Part shown: positions 17,401 to 24,235 of the stretch, piece after piece
How positions within the stretch are numbered: the first letter of the stretch is position 1
How the letters are laid out: the number at the start of each line of letters is the position of its first letter
From: an uncultured Actinomycetes bacterium
GTDB taxonomy: Bacteria; Actinomycetota; Actinomycetes; S36-B12; CAIYMF01
Assembly: GCA_963843975.1 (NCBI GenBank)
Contig: CAWJMG010000003.1
Coordinates: forward strand, 1,470,001 to 1,502,000
DNA: 32,000 nucleotides
Reading direction: 5' to 3'
The notes under the pieces: generated by a model
The model's input: only the letters and a program-made list of their open reading frames with translations
What the model was told of the DNA's origin: nothing
The model's database searches: none
Made by a program: the position numbers and the translations under genes

Positions 17401-18191
17401 TGCGGGCCAGGGCCCGACAGCAGTGCGTCGGTGCCGCTGAAGCGCGCGAACGCGATCGTCGCGATCTTGTGCTCGGGGTCGGGCACCCGCTCGGCGAGGT
17501 AGTCGCCCAACGCGTTCGGGAAGAGCGCACGCAGCCTGTCGCCCTCGACGTCGGGCACCGGCGGCGGTTCGGTGAGCGGCGGGTCGACCGAGCGCCAGCG
17601 CAGCAGCAGCGCGCCGTCCTCCGCGCGCGGCCGCGTCGAGCCTCGCGGCAGCCGGGCAGCGGTGGCGGCCGTGACGACGATCTCGCCGGCGTTCGCGAGC
17701 TTCTCGGCGTCGGCCGTCGCCGTGGCCGCAGGACCGAGGATGAGCAGCTCGCGGGTCGGTGCACCGACGAGGAAGAAGTCGACCGGTCCGGAGTGGATGC
17801 CGACCGACATCCGCAGCTTGAGCCGCCCGACCGAGGTCGGGATGGCGGAGGCGTCGCGCAGGGCGATGCGCATGTCGACGGCGGCGGCGCAGGCCCGCAC
17901 CGCGTGGTCGTCGCCGCGGAACGTGAACAGCAGGGCGTCGCCGCCGAACTTCAGGAGCTCGCCGCCGCGTGCCCCGGCCATGCCGAGCATGCCGCCGAAG
18001 ACGCGGTTGAGGGTCTCGATCAGCTCCTCGGCGCCGATGCGGCCGCGGCGGGCGAGGCGCTCGGTCAGGGCCGTGAAGCCGGAGATGTCGGCGAAGACGA
18101 GGGTGGCGTCGATGCCCTGCCAGGAGGAGCCGGGGGCTGCGTCGTCCCACTCGAGGGCGACCCGGGGCACGTGGCGTCGGAGGTCGGTCAC
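14429..18191 (-). CDS. Large signalling protein: two tandem class III cyclase-homology domains, a P-loop NTPase and TPR-like repeats (frame break ~15400-15480 as sequenced)
   Basis: CHD1: VFADISGFT, KFGGDALL. CHD2: MGDTTNTAARI. P-loop VVVSGGNGTGKSR. The Ala/Leu-rich helical-repeat C-terminus continues in ORF 14429..15469. GTG start with GGAGGAGGG SD. Span is 3763 nt = 1254 codons + 1. No LuxR-type HTH seen at the C-terminus. Confidence 0.8.
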
Positions 18192-18292
18192 GACCTATCC
18201 CTCCTCCCCGTAGTCCGGATGCGCCCGACCACCGCCCCAGCGGTCCGCACGCTCACCGTAGGGGCTGAGCACGGCCCGCGAGACTCGTTGTC

Positions 18293-19199
18293 TCAGGTCG
18301 TGGACCGTCGTGCCCTCGGGCGGCGCTGACCAGGGAGCCGCTGGCACCCGGGGCACCAGTAGAGACGACGACCCTGGTGGTCCTGCGCCGAGACAGGGAG
18401 GCCGCACCGGACGCAGGGCCGCCCTTCTCGCCTGTAGACGTAGACGCCGGTGCTGCGGCGCAGCCTGCGGATCTGCGGGGTGTCCTCGCCGCCGTCGAGG
18501 CTCGGGGTCGTCCGAGTTGGGCCGGTCGAGGTCGAGCGCGGCGAGCGCCTCTGTGTGGGCCGGGTCGACCGTGACGATGCGACCCCGGCGTACGCCGTCC
18601 TTCATCAGCAGCACGAGGTCTGCCCACATGGCGTCGAAGACCGGGCCGCGCAGCAGCCGGCCCTCGAGGAACGGCGACACCTGGTGCCTGAAGAGGAGCT
18701 CGGCGCGGTAGATGTTGCCGACGCCCGAGAGCACCGACTGGTCCATGAGCAGCGTGCCGACCGGCGCGCGGCTCGACAGGATCCGTGCCTTCGCGCGGTC
18801 GGGTTCGGCGTCGGCGCGCAGCGGGTCGGGGCCGAGCCGGGCCACGATCGCGTCGCGGCCGTGGGTGCCCACGAGGTCGCACGCCGTCGGGCCGCGCAGG
18901 TCGGCGTACGACGCCGAGCCCTCGATCCGCCAGCGCACGGCACCGCGCGGTTCTGGCGCAGGGCCCTTGGCCGTGATCATCGTGCCGTACAGACCGAGGT
19001 GGACGTGGACGACGTCGTCGCCCTCGAACGCGACGAACAGGTGCTTGCCGTACGCCTCGGCCTGCTCGAGCACCCGGCCGGTCAGGATCTGCGCGCCGGA
19101 GTCGAAGCGCCCCTGCGGGCTGCTCGACGCGACGACCTGGCCGGCGAACGTGCGGTGCAGGCCGCGGGCGAGGCGGTGCAGGCTGTGTCCCTCGGGCAC
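18293..19199 (-). CDS. nei: Fpg/Nei-family DNA glycosylase (endonuclease VIII-like; frame break ~18500 as sequenced)
   Basis: Starts V-PEGHSLHRLARGL (catalytic Pro2 context) after a GAGGAG SD. H2TH region LMDQSVLSGVGNIYRAELLF. The zinc finger VYVYRREGRPCVRCGLPVSAQDHQGRRLYWCPGCQ is found only in a third frame ending at TGA 18293-18295. Span is 907 nt = 302 codons + 1. Confidence 0.85.
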
Positions 19200-19235
19200 C
19201 GGGTGCTCGCTCCTCGTCTCGCGTACGGTCGGCGC

Positions 19236-19439
19236 ATGGCCAAGCAGAAGCGTGCACCGTCGGACGGCGACGAGCATCCCGACGACCGTGCGCTGGACCG
19301 GCTGGCCGACCGCGGCCCCTCGCGTGTCGGCGTCGAGGGCGCGATGCGCTCCCGCGACGTCTCCCGGCCGAGCCCCGCGCAGCTGGCCGCGGCTCAGCGA
19401 ACCGTGAAGCCGAAGACAGGTCCGCCGATCAGCGGCTGA
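19236..19439 (+). CDS. Possible small protein (67 aa), hypothetical
   Basis: ATG..TGA: MAKQKRAPSDGDEHPDDRALDRLADRGPSRVGVEGAMRSRDVSRPSPAQLAAAQRTVKPKTGPPISG. It fills the nei-rpiB gap and has G/C at most third codon positions. SD is weak, and it is hidden in the tail of track ORF 18450..19439. Confidence 0.4.
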   Translation: MAKQKRAPSDGDEHPDDRALDRLADRGPSRVGVEGAMRSRDVSRPSPAQLAAAQRTVKPKTGPPISG

Positions 19440-19443
19440 CGCG

Positions 19444-19899
19444 TCAGAACGAGCCGGTGGCCTCGTAGCCCGCGAGCAGGTCGATGCGGCGCTGGTGCCG
19501 CACGTCGCCGCTGAACGGGGTGGCGAGGAACGCCTCGACGATCGCGAAGGCCGTGGCCTCGTCGTGCTGCCGGGCGCCGATGCCCATGACGTTGGCGTCG
19601 TTGTGCTGGCGCGCGAGCTCGGCGATCTCGACCGACCACACGAGCGCGGCCCGCACGCCGGCGACCTTGTTGGCCGCGATCTGCTCGCCGTTGCCCGAGC
19701 CGCCGATCACGATGCCGAGGCTGCCCGGGTCGTCGACGACGGCCTGAGCAGCCGCGACGCAGAACGGCGGGTAGTCGTCGAGGGCGTCGTACTCGCGGGC
19801 GCCGTGGTCGACGACCTCGTGCCCCTGCCCCCGGAGGTGCTCGGCGAGCACCGCCTTCAGCTCGAATCCGGCGTGATCGGCACCCAGGTGTACGCGCAT
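19444..19899 (-). CDS. rpiB: Ribose-5-phosphate isomerase B
   Basis: MRVHLGADHAGFELK...GIVIGGSGNGEQIAANKVAGVRAAL...MGIGARQH is a typical RpiB/LacAB pattern. The track ORF 19444..20643 is over-extended. Confidence 0.9.
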   Translation of the reverse strand: MRVHLGADHAGFELKAVLAEHLRGQGHEVVDHGAREYDALDDYPPFCVAAAQAVVDDPGSLGIVIGGSGNGEQIAANKVAGVRAALVWSVEIAELARQHNDANVMGIGARQHDEATAFAIVEAFLATPFSGDVRHQRRIDLLAGYEATGSF

Positions 19900-19925
19900 A
19901 GGCCGATCGTGCCAGCCCGGAGCCG

Positions 19926-20567
19926 TCAGTCGAAGACCGGGCCCAGATCGCGCGTGCGCTTGATCTCGAAGAAGCCGGGGGTGCCGGCGACGAGCAGCGT
20001 GCCGTCCCACAGCCGACCCGCGGCCTCGCCCTTCGGCGCGGGGGTGACGACCGGACCGAAGAAGGCGACCACGGAGCCGTCCTCGCCGGGCACGTGGATG
20101 ACGGGGGTTCCGACGTCCATGCCGACGGCGTCCATGCCCTCGTGGTGGCTGCGGGTGAGCTCGGCGTCGTACTCCTCGCTCGTGGCCGCCTTGGCCAGCT
20201 CGGCCGGGAGTCCGACCTCGGCCAGCGCCTCGGCGATGACGGCGTCGACGTCCTGGTTGCCGCCGGGGTGGATGCGGGTGCCCATCGCGGTGTAGAGCGG
20301 GAGGACGACGTCCTCGCCGTGCGCGAGCCTCGCCGCGGTGACGACGCGGACCGGGCCCCAGGCCTTCGCCATGAACTCGACGTACTCGGGCGGCAGCTCG
20401 CGGCCGGCGTTGAGGACCGCGAGGGACATCACGTGCCAGCGGGTGGTGACGGGCCGGACCTTCTCGACCTCGAGCATCCAGCGCGACGTCATCCACGCCC
20501 ACGGGCAGACCGGGTCGAACCAGAAGTCGGCGATGACAGGGCTCTCGGAGGCGGTGGCATTGACCAT
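19926..20567 (-). CDS. DsbA-like thioredoxin-fold reductase (Rv2466c-like), CPWA active-site variant
   Basis: [16 protein letters not shown]...GPVRV...FFEIKRTR. Colinear, as far as I can recall, with the M. tuberculosis Rv2466c family, and in the same position between rpiB and pepN. Confidence 0.8.
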   Translation of the reverse strand: MVNATASESPVIADFWFDPVCPWAWMTSRWMLEVEKVRPVTTRWHVMSLAVLNAGRELPPEYVEFMAKAWGPVRVVTAARLAHGEDVVLPLYTAMGTRIHPGGNQDVDAVIAEALAEVGLPAELAKAATSEEYDAELTRSHHEGMDAVGMDVGTPVIHVPGEDGSVVAFFGPVVTPAPKGEAAGRLWDGTLLVAGTPGFFEIKRTRDLGPVFD

Positions 20568-20780
20568 TCAACGAGTCTACGTCGCCCGGCCGCAGCCGCA
20601 CCTCCGCCGCAGGATGTCCGGCGGCGCCCGCGGCACGGGCCACGTTCGGCGGTCAGGCCCACCACGCGTGCGAGGATATGCCGATCGACGGCGAGGCGAC
20701 CGTGCTCCCGAGGCACCGGCACCCTCGTCGTCCGTGCGACGGGTGTCCGTCGAACTGGGGCAGTGGGGAAGGACGGTCCG

Positions 20781-23336
20781 GTGACGGCCACGAACATCAC
20801 GCGCGCCGAGGCGGCCGAGCGGTCGGCGCTCGTCGCGGTGCAGGGGTACGAGGTCGAGGTCGACCTCTCGACGGCGTCCGAGTCGCCGACGTTCGCGACG
20901 ACCACCACGGTGCGCTTCACCGCCACCCCGGGTGCTGAAACCTGGATCGACCTCATCGCCGCCCGTGTGCACAGCGCGGTGCTCAACGGCTCCGAGCTCG
21001 ACACCGCGACCTTCACCGGCACCCGCCTCCCCCTGACCGGGCTCGCGGCCGACAACGTCCTCGTGATCGAGGCCGACTGCACCTACATGCGCACCGGCGA
21101 GGGCCTGCACCGCTTCGTCGACCCGGTCGACGGCGGCATCTACCTGTACTCGCAGTTCGAGGTCGCCGACGCGCGCCGCATGTACGCGTGCTTCGACCAG
21201 CCCGACCTCAAGGGCACGTTCGCCGTCTCGGTCACGGCACCGGCCGGCTGGCAGGTCGTCTCGAACTCCCCCACGCCGGACCCGGTCGGCCTCGACGGCG
21301 GCCTCGCCCGGTGGTCGTTCGCGCCGACGCCGCGCATCTCGCCGTACATCACCGCGCTCGTCGCCGGGCCGTACCACGTCGTGCGCGACGAGTACGTCGG
21401 CCCGCACGGCACCTACCCGCTCGGCGTCTTCTGCCGCGCCAGCCTGGCCGAGCACCTCGACGCCGACGTCGTCCTGCTCGAGACCAAGCAGGGCTTCGAG
21501 TTCTTCGAGTCGCAGTTCGAGACGCCGTACCCGTTCGTGAAGTACGACCAGCTCTTCGTGCCGGAGTTCAACGCGGGCGCGATGGAGAACGCCGGCTGCG
21601 TGACGATCCTCGAGGACTACGTCTTCCGCTCGCGCGTCACCGACTACTACTTCGAGCAGCGGGCCAACACGATCCTGCACGAGCTCGCGCACATGTGGTT
21701 CGGCGACCTCGTCACGATGACGTGGTGGGACGACCTCTGGCTGAACGAGTCGTTCGCCGAGTGGGCGGCGCACTGGGCCAACGTCGGCGCCACCCGCTAC
21801 CGCGACGCATGGACCACGTTCCTCATCCAGCGCAAGGGTTGGGCGTACCGCCAGGCGCAGCTGTCCTCGACGCACCCGATCGCCGCCGACATGGTCGACC
21901 TCGAGGCGGTCGAGGTGAACTTCGACGGCATCACCTACGCGCAGGGCGCGGCGTCGCTGCGCCAGCTCGTCGCGTGGGTCGGTGAGAAGGAGTTCCTCGA
22001 GGGGCTCACGTCGTACTTCGCCAAGCACGCCTGGAGCAACACCCGCCTCGCCGACCTGCTGGTCGAGCTCGAGGCCTCCAGCGGCCGCGACCTGTCCGAG
22101 TGGACCACCGCGTGGCTCGAGACGGCAGGCGTCAACCTGCTGCGTCCCGAGGTCGTCGTGGCCGCCGACGGCACGTTCGAGTCGGTGGCGGTCGTGCAGG
22201 AGCCGCCCGCGAGCCCGCCCGGCCTCCATCCCGTCCTGCGCCCGCACCGCATCGCGGTCGGCCTGTACGAGCGCACGTCATCGGGCCTGCAGCGGGTGCG
22301 ACGCCTGGAGATCGACGTCGTCGGCTCGCGCACCGAGGTGCCGGAGCTGCAGGGCATCGCCCAGCCCGACCTGCTGCTGCTCAACGACGACGACCTCACG
22401 TTCGCGAAGATCCGCCTCGACGACCGTTCGCTGCGCACCGCCGTCGACTCGTTCGACCAGCTGCTCGAGCCGATGCCGCGGGCGCTGATCTGGGCCGCTG
22501 CGTGGGACATGCTCCGCGACGCCGAGATGCCGCTGCGCGACTGGCTGCAGCTGCTCGAGACGGGCCTCCCGACCGAGCGCGACATCAGCATCGTGCACAC
22601 GCTCCTGTCGCAGACCAAGGCCGCGATCGAGCAGTTCTCGGCGCTCGGGCGCCGCGAGGAGTACCGCGACCGCTGGGCCGGCCTCACGCAGTCGCTGCTC
22701 GATGCGTCCCCCGCCGGCGGCGACCTCCAGCTCGCCTACGCACGCGCGTTCGCGGCCACCGCACGCACCGACGAGCACGCGGCGGTGCTCCGCGGCTGGC
22801 TGTCCGAGGGCTCGGCACCCGAGGGTCTCGCCATCGATACCGACCTGCGCTGGACCCTGCTGCAGAGGCTGCTCGCCCTGGGTGCCGCGGCACCCGAGGA
22901 GGTCGACGCCGAGCTCGAGCGGGACAACACCGCGAGCGGGCACCGGCAGGCGGCCACCGCGCGTGCCCTGGTGCCGACGATGGAGGCGAAGGAGGCGGCG
23001 TTCGCCGCGACCGTCGAGGGTGACGACCTGCCGAACGCCCTGCTGACGGCCACGGTCGCCGGCTTCGCCTCGGCTGACGCACGCGAGCTGCACCGGGCCT
23101 TCCTCGACCGGTACTTCGACGCCATCCCGGAGGTGTGGGCCGAGCGCACCAACGAGACCGCGCAGACGATCGTGCTCGGGTTCTACCCCGCGCAGCTCGT
23201 CGAGCAGTCGACGCTCGACATCACCGACCGTTTCCTTGCCCGCGACGACATCCCGCCGGGCGCGCGGCGCCTCGTGCGCGAGGGACGCGACGGCATCGAG
23301 CGGTCGCTGCGCTGCCAGGCACGCGACGCCTCCTGA
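20781..23336 (+). CDS. pepN: Aminopeptidase N (M1 family)
   Basis: GTG 20781 after a ggggaagga SD (VTATNITRAEAAERS...). GAMEN at 21576-21590 and HELAHMWFGDLVTMTWWDDLWLNESFAEW. The track ORF start at 20094 is over-extended. Confidence 0.93.
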   Translation: MTATNITRAEAAERSALVAVQGYEVEVDLSTASESPTFATTTTVRFTATPGAETWIDLIAARVHSAVLNGSELDTATFTGTRLPLTGLAADNVLVIEADCTYMRTGEGLHRFVDPVDGGIYLYSQFEVADARRMYACFDQPDLKGTFAVSVTAPAGWQVVSNSPTPDPVGLDGGLARWSFAPTPRISPYITALVAGPYHVVRDEYVGPHGTYPLGVFCRASLAEHLDADVVLLETKQGFEFFESQFETPYPFVKYDQLFVPEFNAGAMENAGCVTILEDYVFRSRVTDYYFEQRANTILHELAHMWFGDLVTMTWWDDLWLNESFAEWAAHWANVGATRYRDAWTTFLIQRKGWAYRQAQLSSTHPIAADMVDLEAVEVNFDGITYAQGAASLRQLVAWVGEKEFLEGLTSYFAKHAWSNTRLADLLVELEASSGRDLSEWTTAWLETAGVNLLRPEVVVAADGTFESVAVVQEPPASPPGLHPVLRPHRIAVGLYERTSSGLQRVRRLEIDVVGSRTEVPELQGIAQPDLLLLNDDDLTFAKIRLDDRSLRTAVDSFDQLLEPMPRALIWAAAWDMLRDAEMPLRDWLQLLETGLPTERDISIVHTLLSQTKAAIEQFSALGRREEYRDRWAGLTQSLLDASPAGGDLQLAYARAFAATARTDEHAAVLRGWLSEGSAPEGLAIDTDLRWTLLQRLLALGAAAPEEVDAELERDNTASGHRQAATARALVPTMEAKEAAFAATVEGDDLPNALLTATVAGFASADARELHRAFLDRYFDAIPEVWAERTNETAQTIVLGFYPAQLVEQSTLDITDRFLARDDIPPGARRLVREGRDGIERSLRCQARDAS

Positions 23337-23353
23337 GCGGCTGACGACGGACG

Positions 23354-23389
23354 ACGGCCCGGCACCCACGAGAGTGGGTGCCGGGCCGT
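23354..23389. terminator. Bidirectional hairpin between convergent pepN and the downstream minus-strand gene (15-bp stem acggcccggcaccca/tgggtgccgggccgt)
   Basis: Perfect inverted repeat with a 6-nt loop, 18 nt after the pepN stop. Confidence 0.7.
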
Positions 23390-23408
23390 TGCGCGTCGGT
23401 GGGGGCAG

Positions 23409-23822
23409 TCAGACGGTGTCGAGGTGCGGCGTGCGGGGCGTGCGCGCGTGGTCGGCCATGAGCTGCAGGCCGGAACGGAGGCCGCCGACGAGGTCGCCCG
23501 CGGCGAACGACGAGGTCATGGTCAGCGAGGCGAGACCGCAGGTGCGATCGGTCACGGCCGCAGCCGCACGCGATCCGGTGACGATCTCGAGCGAACGGCG
23601 AGCAGGGTCGACGGCGACGAGGACGGTCTCGACGGCGGACGCGCCGCTCTCGGCGAGGATGCGCTCGGCGCTGGACCGGCCCTCGGGGAGGGCACCGATC
23701 CGGACCCGGAAGAGCAGGCCGGACACCGCCTCGGCGGAGGCGACCGCCTGCTCGATGGCGGCCCGCTGCTGCGGGCTCACCGGGTCACCAGCGGGCACTG
23801 GTGCCCCCGGTGCCGTCGGCAT
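23409..23822 (-). CDS. Conserved hypothetical protein (start uncertain: ATG 23822, GTG 23798 or GTG 23780)
   Basis: The ORF is coding-like from SPQQRAAIEQAVASAEAVSGLLFRVRIGALPEG onward. Its position next to pepN is conserved in actinobacteria, from memory. I could not assign a function. Confidence 0.6.
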   Translation of the reverse strand: MPTAPGAPVPAGDPVSPQQRAAIEQAVASAEAVSGLLFRVRIGALPEGRSSAERILAESGASAVETVLVAVDPARRSLEIVTGSRAAAAVTDRTCGLASLTMTSSFAAGDLVGGLRSGLQLMADHARTPRTPHLDTV

Positions 23823-24156
23823 CCGCGTCCGCGGCCTCGAGGGCGGACGGGGTGCCGGGGGTGGTGCCGAGCGCCAGCGGGTCGCCGGTCCAGGCATCGG
23901 TCTCGTTCGCGCGGCCCGAGCGCGTCCAGCCCGGGGCCTTCACGAGGAGCCACACGATCGCGGCCACGGTGAGCGGAAGGACCACGAACACGAGGAAGGC
24001 CTGGCCGATGCCCATCGTCGTGCCGCGCTCCTCGCCGTCGTCGAAGGTCATGTCGACGCGGGACGCCGCGGCGGGACCGGCCGTGAGGGCGACGAGGACG
24101 GCGGAGGTCACGACAGCAGCTGCAGCCCGGGAACGGGCGCCGAAGGAAGAGGCCAT
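23785..24156 (-). CDS. Small membrane protein, hypothetical
   Basis: 123-aa ORF with an N-terminal signal-like segment (AAAAVVTSAVLVALTAGPAAA) and one TM segment (FLVFVVLPLTVAAIVWLLV). Confidence 0.55.
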   Translation of the reverse strand: MASSFGARSRAAAAVVTSAVLVALTAGPAAASRVDMTFDDGEERGTTMGIGQAFLVFVVLPLTVAAIVWLLVKAPGWTRSGRANETDAWTGDPLALGTTPGTPSALEAADADADGTGGTSARW

Positions 24157-24235
24157 GAGCCGATCCTATGCGCCTGTCGAGCGGGCGCCTCCCGCCGTCG
24201 CACCGGGCGACGAGGGGCAGGCAGGGGCGTCCCGC

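Noticed and set aside
3648-18292. Calling the insert a mobile element, integrative element or prophage
   Set aside because: No integrase, transposase, recombinase, conjugation or phage genes are present, and no direct att repeat is found at the nei-side boundary. Only tRNA-adjacent repeat debris was seen.
81-18510. Programmed ribosomal frameshifting as an explanation for the seven frame breaks
   Set aside because: No slippery heptamer or downstream pseudoknot is evident at the sites. The breaks occur in unrelated genes, including clpX, tig and nei, whose orthologs are single ORFs.
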